A stretch of 32,000 bases of DNA, from positions 3,252,651 to 3,284,650 of the forward strand of contig CP113000.1 of NCBI GenBank assembly GCA_026625185.1, read 5' to 3'. The DNA is from Thermodesulfobacteriota bacterium (GTDB lineage: Bacteria; Desulfobacterota; WTBG01; JAGOGO01). The notes beneath the pieces are model-generated. The model did not search any database. It was not told where the DNA came from and saw nothing but the letters and a program-made list of their open reading frames with translations. Both the position numbers and the translations under genes were made by a program. Below are positions 15,564 to 23,511 of this stretch, in pieces (the stretch's first letter is position 1; every line of letters starts with the position of its first letter).

Positions 15564-15857
15564 GTTATCCCCTCATAATTTTAAGGATAAAAATGAAAAA
15601 CCCAATTTGTTGAAAAACCTTTTTTCTTAATATTTTATTGTTTTTACCCGGACGAGTCAAGTCCAATCTTTTGTAAGCACAAATAATTTTTTTAATAATT
15701 AAGCGACAGCAAAAAAAGAGCCGATAAGTGTTTGACTGGTTTTGCCGACTTTGATATGACTAACACATTGAATTGCCTCAGAACTGGGCGGGGAGCAAAA
15801 AAACGTTTTTCTTAGCGTAATGGTATAACGCCTAACTCAAAGCGGTGAATAAACTTT

Positions 15858-16226
15858 ATGAAGGGTAGCGTGAATATTTCCAAAAAAAGAAAAACTGGGA
15901 TGACGGTAAAATCCAAAGTGTGGATCGAAATCCAAGGTCTCCCTTTTTTTGGTGAGGGTAGAAGAGACCTTTTAAATAATATCGAAACCACCGGCTCTAT
16001 TTCTCAGGCCGCAAAACAGCTCGGCATTTCATATAAAAAGGCATGGAGTTATATTACTAGCATGGAAGGTCGCCTGGGCATTAATTTGGTAAAGAAACAA
16101 GTTGGAGGTAAAGGTGGAGGTGGTACGGCATTAACTGAGGAAGGAAAGGCTTTAATTGATAAATTCGACAAACTTCTGGCGGGTACTCAGGAGGCCATCG
16201 ACATAAGTTTTAAAGAAATCTTTTAA
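15858..16226 (+). CDS. ModE N-terminal-domain-like winged-HTH regulator (no Mop/TOBE domains)
   Basis: 122 aa with KVWIE..G..FFGEGRRDLLNNIETTGSISQAAKQLGISYKKAWSYITSME..LG..LV....GGKGGGGTALTEEGKAL, the pattern of the ModE DNA-binding half. Confidence 0.7.
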   Translation: MKGSVNISKKRKTGMTVKSKVWIEIQGLPFFGEGRRDLLNNIETTGSISQAAKQLGISYKKAWSYITSMEGRLGINLVKKQVGGKGGGGTALTEEGKALIDKFDKLLAGTQEAIDISFKEIF

Positions 16227-16268
16227 ATTTTTTACCATTATCTATATAGTAAGGGAAAGGCGATTGTA

Positions 16269-16538
16269 ATGGATTTAAAATTACTCATGAGCACATTTGT
16301 TTTAGTTTTTTTAGCAGAGTTGGGAGATAAAACCCAATTGGCTACTTTTTGTTTAGCGGCAAAAGATGGATCAAGAATTTCGGTCTTTTTAGGGGCCGCC
16401 GGAGCATTGGTCTTGACCTCATTGATTGCGGTCAGTTGCGGCTTTTTGGTTGGTAACATCATCCCTCAGCACTATTTACGATTTGGCGCTGGTTTTCTTT
16501 TTATAATTTTTGGATTTTTAATGCTCTTTTCAAAATAA
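16269..16538 (+). CDS. UPF0016 (GDT1/TMEM165) family half-size membrane transporter
   Basis: 89 aa with 3 predicted TM segments and the signature FLAELGDKTQLAT. Confidence 0.8.
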   Translation: MDLKLLMSTFVLVFLAELGDKTQLATFCLAAKDGSRISVFLGAAGALVLTSLIAVSCGFLVGNIIPQHYLRFGAGFLFIIFGFLMLFSK

Positions 16539-16618
16539 TAAAACATAATTACATTTCCTCGGTCTGTTCTTTTCATGGGAGAAGAAGGGATAATCACTTT
16601 ATTAAATAGATATTGTCC

Positions 16619-16647
16619 TTGCGAAAGGAAGGGCGTTTCTCTATAAT
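16619..16647 (+). promoter_or_regulatory. candidate sigma70-type promoter for miaB
   Basis: TTGCGA at 16619-16624, a 17-nt spacer, and a perfect TATAAT at 16642-16647, 37 nt upstream of the miaB ATG. Confidence 0.45.
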
Positions 16648-16683
16648 ACTATTAATATTAGAGTGTTGTTTTAATAAATCACG

Positions 16684-18000
16684 ATGGCTCCTCAGTTGGT
16701 CTACATAAAAACTTTCGGGTGTCAGATGAATGAACATGATTCTGAGAATATCCTTAACCTGTTGGCGTCCGTTGATTACCAATCAACACCCGACCCCGAG
16801 AAAGCTGACCTTATTCTTATTAATACGTGTAGCGTGAGAGAAAAATCTGAACAAAAAGTTTATAGTTTACTCGGACGGTTAAAAAGGCATAAAAAAAATG
16901 GGAGGATACTTCTGGGAGTCGGAGGCTGTGTAGCCCAATTGGAAGGGTACAAACTGCTGGAAAGGGCTCCGTATGTTGACTTGGTTTTTGGAACCAATAA
17001 TATCCACCGTCTGCCCGAATTGATTAGAACCGCTCGACAAGCGAAAAAAGCCCAGGTTGCCACGGAATTCCACGAAGATTCCCCGTGTCATCCCTTACCC
17101 GAACTCTCCAAACCTTTTCAGGTGAAGGCCTATGTAACCATTATGGAGGGATGTGATAACTTCTGTTCTTTTTGTGTTGTTCCATTTGTGCGGGGCAGAG
17201 AAAAAAGTCGTCCCAGTTCCGAAATCCTCAAAGAAGTTCGCGGACTCGTAATCGAAGGAGTTAAAGAGGTGACTCTTTTGGGACAAAACGTAAATTCATA
17301 CGGCGCAAATGTGGCAGGAGAGCTAAGCTTTTCCGGGCTTCTTAAGGAATTAAATAAAATCGACGGACTCCAGCGAATCCGATTTACCACCTCACATCCC
17401 AAAGACCTCTGTGAAGAATTAATCGCCTGTTTTGAAGATCAACCAAAACTTTGCCCTCATATTCATCTCCCGTTGCAATCAGGCTCTGACCGGATTTTAA
17501 AAATGATGAATCGGGGTTATACCCGAGAAGAGTATCTTTTAAAAATTAAGAGACTACGAGCCGTTTGTCCCGGGATTGGTATTACAACCGACCTCATCGT
17601 CGGCTTTCCCGGAGAAACCGAAAAAGATTTTCAAGCGACACTGGATATGGTAACTGAAATCGAATATGATGAATTCTTTTCATTTAAATATTCTGATCGT
17701 CCAAAAACCCAAGCTTCTCAATACCCGGATAAATTGCCGGAAGAAGAAAAAGCTCGTCGGCTTTCTATCCTTCAGGATAAGCAAAAGTCCATTACCCTTA
17801 AAAAGAATAGAACCCTGGTCGGCAAAACCATGGCAGTGCTGGTTGAGGGAGAAAGCAAAAAAGACCCTCTCCACGTGAGCGGCCGGAGCGGTACTAATAA
17901 GGTGGTCAATTTTGAAGGAACATTGGGTTTACAAGGAAAAATTGTCTTGGTAAAAATTTTAACCGCTCACCCTCATTCATTGTTTGGTTGCTTAACTTAA
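16684..18000 (+). CDS. miaB: tRNA-2-methylthio-N6-dimethylallyladenosine synthase (radical SAM methylthiotransferase)
   Basis: 438 aa with an N-terminal UPF0004 part (VYIKTFGCQMNEHDSE, INTCSVREKSEQK), the radical SAM motif CDNFCSFC, and a TRAM-like C-terminus. Confidence 0.9.
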   Translation: MAPQLVYIKTFGCQMNEHDSENILNLLASVDYQSTPDPEKADLILINTCSVREKSEQKVYSLLGRLKRHKKNGRILLGVGGCVAQLEGYKLLERAPYVDLVFGTNNIHRLPELIRTARQAKKAQVATEFHEDSPCHPLPELSKPFQVKAYVTIMEGCDNFCSFCVVPFVRGREKSRPSSEILKEVRGLVIEGVKEVTLLGQNVNSYGANVAGELSFSGLLKELNKIDGLQRIRFTTSHPKDLCEELIACFEDQPKLCPHIHLPLQSGSDRILKMMNRGYTREEYLLKIKRLRAVCPGIGITTDLIVGFPGETEKDFQATLDMVTEIEYDEFFSFKYSDRPKTQASQYPDKLPEEEKARRLSILQDKQKSITLKKNRTLVGKTMAVLVEGESKKDPLHVSGRSGTNKVVNFEGTLGLQGKIVLVKILTAHPHSLFGCLT

Positions 18001-18033
18001 TAAGTTTACAGCATTATTCCAAAGGAGGTCAAG

Positions 18034-18540
18034 ATGTTCATTGAAATGAAAGTTGCTGGTATCACGATGGATCCGTTCAGCAATACTCCCATTGTCATTC
18101 TCAAAGATATTCAGGGTAAAACCGCTTTACCTATCTGGATTGGTATCTTAGAGGCAAGTGCTATCGCCACTGAATTAGGTGACGTTAAACCGCCTCGACC
18201 AATGACCCATGACCTTTTAAAAAACATGCTTGAAAAATTGAACGCTAGGGTTACAAAAATCGAAGTAAACGATTTAAAGGACAACACTTTTTTTGCCACC
18301 ATCTATCTTTCCCTGGTTGACAAGATATTTAGTATTGATGCGCGTCCAAGCGATGCTATCGCCCTCGCTTTAAGAACAAATTCACCGATCTACGTCAATG
18401 AGAAAGTGGTTGAAGATTCCCGGACAGTTAATGTGGGCAAAGAAGAAAAATTGCTCAACGAAGCTGCCAATGAAGAACAAAAGTGGCGGGAGATTTTAGA
18501 AAATTTATCCCCGGATGATTTTGGCAAATACAAGATGTGA
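18034..18540 (+). CDS. bifunctional nuclease family protein (DUF151/BFN domain)
   Basis: 168 aa with PIVILKD..GK.ALPIWIG..EA.AIA........RPMTHDLL......L.A.V.KI.VNDLKDNTFFA...L....I..IDARPSDAIALALR. Confidence 0.8.
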   Translation: MFIEMKVAGITMDPFSNTPIVILKDIQGKTALPIWIGILEASAIATELGDVKPPRPMTHDLLKNMLEKLNARVTKIEVNDLKDNTFFATIYLSLVDKIFSIDARPSDAIALALRTNSPIYVNEKVVEDSRTVNVGKEEKLLNEAANEEQKWREILENLSPDDFGKYKM

Positions 18541-18579
18541 TTAGCCTCCCGGTTTTTCTTTTGGCAATTTATTAATTTT

Positions 18580-18698
18580 ACCGGGGTTCACCCAGTTAGA
18601 AGGATTTCACACGAGGTATTCAGCCCGTTAGAAAATTTTCTAATGGGATTTCTCCCGTGCTTCGTTACCCCGTTTGAGATTTGATATCTAACGGGGTG
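18580..18698 (-). repeat. CCCCGTTAG/CTAACGGGG mosaic repeat, copy A (inverted relative to copies B and C)
   Basis: It shares ggggttcac, c(c/t)gtgcttc and tctaacggggt blocks with the reverse complement of 23371-23473, and gat.t..atatctaacggg with 20441-20574. The central 24-nt hairpin cccgttagaaaattttctaatggg is at 18624-18647. Confidence 0.75.
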
Positions 18699-18728
18699 AA
18701 AAAAAATTTTATTAGAGAGCAACCCGTC

Positions 18729-19385
18729 ATGATTGATTTACACACGCATTCTCTTTTTAGCGATGGGGTTTTGATCCCTGCGGAGTTGGTGCAACGGGCC
18801 AAGGCAAAAGGCTATGAGGCGCTCGCGATCACTGACCACGCGGATCGCTCCAACCTCGATTGGATCATTGCCCGGATTGTCCGTTTTTGTGAAGATTTTA
18901 AAAAGAAAAGTGATTTTAACGTGTTCCCGGGAATTGAACTTACTCACGTTTTGCCTGAGACCATCTTTCCCCTTACTCAGGAGGCGAGAAAGTTAGGAGC
19001 TCAAGTGGTCGTGGTACACGGTGAAACCATTGTGGAACCAGTGCCTCCAGGCACAAACCGGGCGGCATTGGAAGCGGGAGTCGACATATTGGCGCATCCT
19101 GGACTGATTTCCAAAACCGAAGTTTTATTAGCAAAAGGTAAAGGAATCCTGCTGGAAATTTCAGCACGCAGAGGCCACTGCCTGACCAATGGTCATGTTG
19201 CCAGGCTTGCCAAAGATGTTGGCGCCCCTCTCATTCTCGATACTGATGCCCATGAACCGGAAGACCTGCTCGACTCTGCCCAAGCCCTCCGAGTGATTCT
19301 GGGAGCAGGTCTTGTTGAGGCGGATTGGGAGAACATTCAAAAAAACGCGAAAAATTTTGTGGGGAGAATTTTAACTGAAAAATAA
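18729..19385 (+). CDS. PHP-domain metal-dependent phosphoesterase (histidinol-phosphatase-like)
   Basis: MIDLHTHSLFSDG...LAITDH...HGE...AHP..., the typical PHP His/Asp ladder. ATG 18729 is preferred because the TTG at 18681 in the track lies inside the repeat. Confidence 0.75.
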   Translation: MIDLHTHSLFSDGVLIPAELVQRAKAKGYEALAITDHADRSNLDWIIARIVRFCEDFKKKSDFNVFPGIELTHVLPETIFPLTQEARKLGAQVVVVHGETIVEPVPPGTNRAALEAGVDILAHPGLISKTEVLLAKGKGILLEISARRGHCLTNGHVARLAKDVGAPLILDTDAHEPEDLLDSAQALRVILGAGLVEADWENIQKNAKNFVGRILTEK

Positions 19386-19452
19386 TGCCCGCTCGTAAAA
19401 ACAGGGGGATGTCTTCCGCACGCATGGGTTACCTTCATCCGGCATTCGTATT

Positions 19453-20385
19453 ATGGCACATCACCACCATCATCATGAAAAAAACGACCAGGCCTTAAAA
19501 CTCCACGACCCTTCTCATCGGCACCATCAGGACAAAGTTCCCCTTATCATCGTCCTTGCTCTCACCATTATCTTTTTTTTCGTGGAACTTTTGGGTGGTT
19601 TATGGACAAAGAGTCTAGCCCTTTTATCGGACGCTTTCCATATGCTTTCCGATATTGCCGCTCTCGGGTTAGCGTTTTTTGCTCTTTGGGCCTCCGGTAA
19701 ACCCGCGCACGCGAAAAAAACTTTTGGTTATTATCGGGCCGAGGTCCTTGTCGCTTTCATAAACGGAACCGCTCTGGTGGTAATCGCCCTCATGATCTTT
19801 CATGAAGCGTACCAGCGGATGCGTGTCCCGGTAAACGTCAAAAGCATCCCCCTGTTGGTGATTGCCTCTGCGGGCCTGATAGTTAACCTTATCGGGGCCT
19901 ATGCTCTTTCCCGGGGAGGAAAAGAAAATATCAATATCCGGGGAGCCTTTATCCACGTGCTCGGTGATGCGCTCGGTTCCCTGGGGGCAATAGGCGCGGG
20001 GGTGGTTATCTGGCTGAAACGCTGGATGTGGTTTGACCCTTTAGTAAGTTTTTTTATCGGAGGTATCATTATTTATAGCGCGTGGCGGCTTTTGTGGGAT
20101 ACCATCCACATTTTAATGCAGGGAGTTCCCGGACACATTGATCTCGAAGAAATAAAAAAATCGATGGCGCACGTGGAGGGAGTAAAATCAATCTGCGACC
20201 TTCATGTCTGGACCTTAACCTCACATGTTGAAATGCTCAGCGCTCATGTGGTTGTGGAAAATGTCCTCCAGAGCATGGTGATTTTAAAAAAGCTCCAGAA
20301 AAACCTGCAGGAATGCTATGGGATAGAGCACGTTACCATCCAGATCGAGGATGATTCCCTAGGAACCTGTAATTATTTCGTTTAA
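19453..20385 (+). CDS. czcD: cation diffusion facilitator (Zn/Co/Cd efflux) transporter
   Basis: 310 aa with six TM segments, LLSDAFHMLSD and HVLGDALGS motifs, a His-rich N-terminus (MAHHHHHH...HRHH) and a C-terminal cytoplasmic domain. Confidence 0.9.
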   Translation: MAHHHHHHEKNDQALKLHDPSHRHHQDKVPLIIVLALTIIFFFVELLGGLWTKSLALLSDAFHMLSDIAALGLAFFALWASGKPAHAKKTFGYYRAEVLVAFINGTALVVIALMIFHEAYQRMRVPVNVKSIPLLVIASAGLIVNLIGAYALSRGGKENINIRGAFIHVLGDALGSLGAIGAGVVIWLKRWMWFDPLVSFFIGGIIIYSAWRLLWDTIHILMQGVPGHIDLEEIKKSMAHVEGVKSICDLHVWTLTSHVEMLSAHVVVENVLQSMVILKKLQKNLQECYGIEHVTIQIEDDSLGTCNYFV

Positions 20386-20440
20386 AACCTTAGGCTTTTC
20401 ACTTGGAAATTATTCTCCCATTCCTTGAAGAATTAAGTTA

Positions 20441-20574
20441 CTCTTAGAAAACCCCCGCTTGTCTGTCAGATGTCAAATATCTAACGGGTTAAAGAAGCAC
20501 GGGGTAACATTAAAGATTTTTACCCTTTTTCACAAAGGGTAAATGCCCAGTTTTAAAGCCTTCTAACGGGTTTT
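20441..20574 (+). repeat. CCCCGTTAG/CTAACGGGG mosaic repeat, copy B
   Basis: gaagcacggggtaacattaaagatttttaccctttttcacaaagggtaaatgccc aligns with gaagcacagggtacttttaaagattcttacactttttcacaccgggtaaatgcccc in copy C. There are two ctaacggg motifs (20481, 20563) and an internal perfect 9-bp hairpin ttacccttt/aaagggtaa. Confidence 0.8.
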
Positions 20575-20736
20575 ACTCGAATAGTTCTTTTTATTTTTTT
20601 TCGTTTATGATACGCCATGTTCTCTTGAGGCCTTTTTTTCCCAAAATAATTATCTTGCCAGAAAAGGGGAATGAGTTTAAAGTGCTAAAATATTATTTCA
20701 TGGTTCTTTTGTGGTGTCATTTTTCACCTCGTTTCT

Positions 20737-20857
20737 GAGACTGTCTCACAAATCAAAATAGGGGGGTAGCTGCAACTTTTAGGCTGGGTAACCCATTGAT
20801 CCGAGAAACGCAAGCTAAAGCTTGCGGCTACCAAAATACGTATTATGACACAGTCTC
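20737..20857 (+). other. 121-nt nested-stem element (candidate structured RNA or MITE-like element)
   Basis: The outer arms are gagactgtctca at 20737-20748 and tgacacagtctc at 20846-20857 (11/12). The inner arms are ggtagctgcaa at 20765-20775 and ttgcggctacc at 20822-20832 (11 bp with one U.G). A competing local hairpin cgcaagct-aa-agcttgcg lies at 20809-20826. Confidence 0.45.
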
Positions 20858-20960
20858 TTTGTCGTAATGGTTTATTACGTAAACGCAGATCAGCTATTAT
20901 AAATAAAAATAAATTTACTAAACTATCTGAAAAGTATCATGAAATTTCCTTTTGTTTACC

Positions 20961-21054
20961 GGAGAGATGACCGAGCTGGCCGAAGGTGCACGACTGGAAA
21001 TCGTGTGTACTCCCAAAAGGTGTACCGAGGGTTCGAATCCCTCTCTCTCCGCCA
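20961..21054 (+). tRNA. tRNA-Ser (anticodon GGA), CCA encoded
   Basis: Hand-folded. Acceptor ggagaga/tctctcc, anticodon stem cacga/tcgtg with loop ctGGAaa, a long variable arm, T-arm gaggg-ttcgaat-ccctc, discriminator g and cca. Confidence 0.9.
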
Positions 21055-21059
21055 TGTTT

Positions 21060-21165
21060 GCGATAGCCGGGTCCTGCGCAACGAAATATTACGAACCCCG
21101 TCAGATCCGGAAGGAAGCAGCGGTAGTAAATCATTTCGTGTGCCGCAGGGAAACCTGGCTATCGT
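21060..21165 (+). ncRNA. ffs: small (4.5S-type) bacterial SRP RNA
   Basis: Contains the conserved helix-8 core cgtcagatccggaaggaagcagcg (compare E. coli GUCAGGUCCGGAAGGAAGCAGC). The termini cgatagcc/ggctatcg close a long hairpin. It lies upstream of dnaX as in many bacteria. Ends are approximate. Confidence 0.8.
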
Positions 21166-21342
21166 TAAAAAAAAGAAGTCAGGAGACAGGAGTTAGAATA
21201 AAAAAACATTGGATTCCGTTAAGCCTTTTTTAAACGAAATTATTCTGACTTCTGACGCCGGTCTCCTAAAAAAAATTAATCGGCCACCAAACTGGACAAA
21301 GCCGTCAAACTAAAATCAATCGTTAACCTCCCCCAGCTGCAC

Positions 21343-23025
21343 ATGTCTTACTTAGTTTTAGCCCGAAAGTGGAGGCCCCAAAGATTCGAAGAGGTTGTGG
21401 GGCAGCAGCCAATTATCCAGACCTTGCAAAATGCCATTCGAAGCAAGCGAGTGGCCCAGGCTTTCCTTTTTGCCGGTCCTCGCGGAGTTGGCAAAACCTC
21501 CGTTGCCCGCATACTGGCTAAAGCCCTCAATTGCGTAAATGGTCCTACCCCAACCCCCTGCAATCAATGCGATGCTTGCTCAGAAATCACCAAAACGATA
21601 GCGCCTGATGTTTTTGAAATTGACGGAGCCTCCAATACCGGCGTGGATCACGTAAGAGATCTGCAGGAAACCATAAAATATCTTCCCCAGAAATATCGCT
21701 ATAAAGTTTATATTGTTGATGAAGTACACATGCTCTCTACCCCGGCCTTTAATGCTTTTTTAAAGACTTTGGAAGAGCCGCCAGCGCACGTTATTTTCAT
21801 TTTTGCCACCACTGAACCCCATAAAATAATCGAAACGGTTATTGATCGGTGTCAGCGGTATGACTTTAAAAAAATCCCCTCACTCCTTATCTTTGAAAAA
21901 TTACAGGCATTAGCCAAGGATGAAGAAATAACCATAAACTCCAACGCGCTTCAGCTTATTTCCCGGGAGGCAGACGGCAGCCTCCGGGATGCCCAGGGCT
22001 TGTTAGACCAGGTTATCACCTATGCGGGAAAGGAAGTTACAGACGAAGATGTCGCTGAAATTCTGGGCATCGTTGATACCAAAGTCTTATTTGAAATCTC
22101 AAACGCAGTGTTCGACCAAAACTTAAAAAAATGTCTTGAAATCATCGAACATGTTTTCACCTATGGTATAGATGTCCGCCAATTTTATCGGGGGCTTTTA
22201 GAACATTTCCGGAATTTAATGGTGGCTAAAATCAGCACGAATCCTCAGCTCTTCCCAGATCTTTCTCCAAAAAAAATCGAAGAATTAACCAACCAGATTC
22301 TGAAAATGAATTTGGAAAAACTTCAATTGATTTTAAAAATCCTAATCGAGAGCGAAGGATATATTTACCGGGCGCCCTTGCCTCGAGTCATTTTAGAGGC
22401 CATCATCCTTCGTTTAGCTACCATCCCCCCTGTTGCCTCATTAAAAGAAATTCTGGAACGGTTGGGTAAGCTACAAGAAAAGCTTGGGAATAGTGGTGGT
22501 TTAATGTCTCAGGCTTCTCCCGTCACATCACCCGTATCAGTTTCGAAAACTCAAAAACAAACTTTTCCCCAAACATCAACCGAGGAAACCGCTCCCTCTT
22601 CTTCCTCATTCCCGGATGATAACGCACGCGGATGCGATATGCTTTTAGAGGAAACCTGGAAAGAGCTTCTTGCGTTTATCCGCACGAAAAAACCGCCACT
22701 GGCTTCGTTCCTTGAACATGGTACGCTGGCACGTTTGACGTCGGGCTCCATTGAAATCGGATTTCCAAAAAAATCCTTTTTTCTTGAGCGCATCCAGGAA
22801 CAAACCAAAAAACAAGAACTGATACAAATCTGTGAGGAATTCTTTGGAGCAAAAAAAAAGGTTACTATTCATGTCGTTACAACAAAAGATGAAGAAAAGA
22901 AGAATGTGCATCTATCCCTTGCCCAAAAAAATGAAAAAATCAGAAATGAAGCTAAGAATCATCCTTTGGTGAAAGAAGCACTCGCAATTTTTGAAGGAAA
23001 TATCACCGAAATAAAACTTAAATAA
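21343..23025 (+). CDS. dnaX: DNA polymerase III subunit gamma/tau
   Basis: 560 aa with LARKWRPQ.F..VVGQ, Walker A GPRGVGKTS, a zinc module CNQCDACSEI, VYIVDEVHMLS and SLRDAQ. Confidence 0.95.
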   Translation: MSYLVLARKWRPQRFEEVVGQQPIIQTLQNAIRSKRVAQAFLFAGPRGVGKTSVARILAKALNCVNGPTPTPCNQCDACSEITKTIAPDVFEIDGASNTGVDHVRDLQETIKYLPQKYRYKVYIVDEVHMLSTPAFNAFLKTLEEPPAHVIFIFATTEPHKIIETVIDRCQRYDFKKIPSLLIFEKLQALAKDEEITINSNALQLISREADGSLRDAQGLLDQVITYAGKEVTDEDVAEILGIVDTKVLFEISNAVFDQNLKKCLEIIEHVFTYGIDVRQFYRGLLEHFRNLMVAKISTNPQLFPDLSPKKIEELTNQILKMNLEKLQLILKILIESEGYIYRAPLPRVILEAIILRLATIPPVASLKEILERLGKLQEKLGNSGGLMSQASPVTSPVSVSKTQKQTFPQTSTEETAPSSSSFPDDNARGCDMLLEETWKELLAFIRTKKPPLASFLEHGTLARLTSGSIEIGFPKKSFFLERIQEQTKKQELIQICEEFFGAKKKVTIHVVTTKDEEKKNVHLSLAQKNEKIRNEAKNHPLVKEALAIFEGNITEIKLK

Positions 23026-23046
23026 TTACGTAAAGGAGGTAAGCAC

Positions 23047-23367
23047 GTGGTTAAGGGAATTGGTGAATTAGTCAGACAAGCCCAAAAACTCCAATCTCAG
23101 ATGGCCAAAGTCCAGGAAGAAATGGCCGCAAAAACAGTTGAAGGTTCGGCGGGCGGAGGCATGGTCACGGTTATTGCCAATGGCAAGCAAGAGGTTATGA
23201 GCATTAAAATTGATCCTGAGGTGGTTGACCCCAATGACATCGAAATGTTACAAGATCTAGTAGTAGCAGCAGCTAATGACGCTCTTAAAAAAGCCCAAGA
23301 AATGGTGACGAACGAAATGAGCAAGCTTACGGGTGGACTGAATCTTAACCTTCCAGGACTTTTTTAA
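23047..23367 (+). CDS. ybaB: YbaB/EbfC nucleoid-associated protein
   Basis: 106 aa with a GTG start 7 nt after AGGAGG. It has [18 protein letters not shown]...[12 protein letters not shown]......[26 protein letters not shown] and sits between dnaX and recR. Confidence 0.9.
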   Translation: MVKGIGELVRQAQKLQSQMAKVQEEMAAKTVEGSAGGGMVTVIANGKQEVMSIKIDPEVVDPNDIEMLQDLVVAAANDALKKAQEMVTNEMSKLTGGLNLNLPGLF

Positions 23368-23370
23368 TTT

Positions 23371-23473
23371 ACCCCGTTAGAAAATCCCCTTGCGGAAGCA
23401 CAGGGTACTTTTAAAGATTCTTACACTTTTTCACACCGGGTAAATGCCCCATGTGAACCCCTACTAACGGGGT
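23371..23473 (+). repeat. CCCCGTTAG/CTAACGGGG mosaic repeat, copy C
   Basis: 103 bp bounded by perfect 10-bp inverted termini, accccgttag at 23371-23380 and ctaacggggt at 23464-23473, followed by ttattttcg. It starts 4 nt after the ybaB stop, inside the usually compact ybaB-recR junction. Confidence 0.8.
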
Positions 23474-23511
23474 TTATTTTCGCTAACGTTATTTAATTCC
23501 GGAGGCAAAAT

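Noticed and set aside
15811-15850. agcgtaatggtataacgcctaactcaaagcggtg looked tRNA-like (D-arm-like GCGT...ACGC).
   Set aside because: No acceptor stem, anticodon arm or T-arm (GTTCRANYC) can be built. It is kept only as a possible operator palindrome.
15700-15857. Possible Moco or other riboswitch in the leader of the ModE-like gene.
   Set aside because: I could not recognise any conserved riboswitch core by eye. A cmsearch against Rfam would be needed, so no claim is made.
19453-19476. The CDF transporter begins MAHHHHHH, which looks like an engineered His6 expression tag or vector contamination.
   Set aside because: The flanking DNA is ordinary native intergenic sequence with no vector-like features. 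More His residues follow (HDPSHRHHQD). His-rich N-termini are a normal metal-binding feature of CzcD/ZitB-type transporters.
20937-21233. Track ORFs 20937..21134 (-), 20939..21196 (+) and 20952..21233 (+).
   Set aside because: They overlap tRNA-Ser and the SRP RNA. The sequence is explained by the RNA genes.
21243-21257. The motif ctgacttctga is shared between 21243-21257 and 30381-30396, and a long imperfect hairpin (21175-21266) lies between ffs and dnaX.
   Set aside because: Identical 11-mers are expected by chance more than 100 times in a 32-kb sequence. The hairpin is very imperfect and may simply be the ffs terminator region. The evidence is not strong enough to report as a family.
22851-22860. 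A AAA AAA AAG run in dnaX (GCA AAA AAA AAG) resembles the E. coli dnaX -1 frameshift heptamer. A second A8 run lies at 22271-22278.
   Set aside because: The first site is at codon 503 of 560 and the -1 frame stays open for about 40 codons, so no gamma-like truncation would result. The second site (codon about 310) would truncate inside domain III. No downstream stem-loop or upstream SD-like stimulator was seen. Treated as lysine-codon runs in an AT-rich genome.
23371-23473. GTTAG...CTAAC termini of the repeats suggested integron attC sites.
   Set aside because: attC sites are ordered RYYYAAC...GTTRRRY, the opposite order. No intI integrase or cassette-like promoterless ORF array is present, and the copies flank core genes (ybaB/recR, czcD).
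18580-23473. Could the recurring intergenic repeats be a CRISPR array or its remnants?
   Set aside because: The copies are kilobases apart and separated by housekeeping genes. They are 100-135 bp long, mosaic and not regularly spaced, and there are no cas genes in the window.
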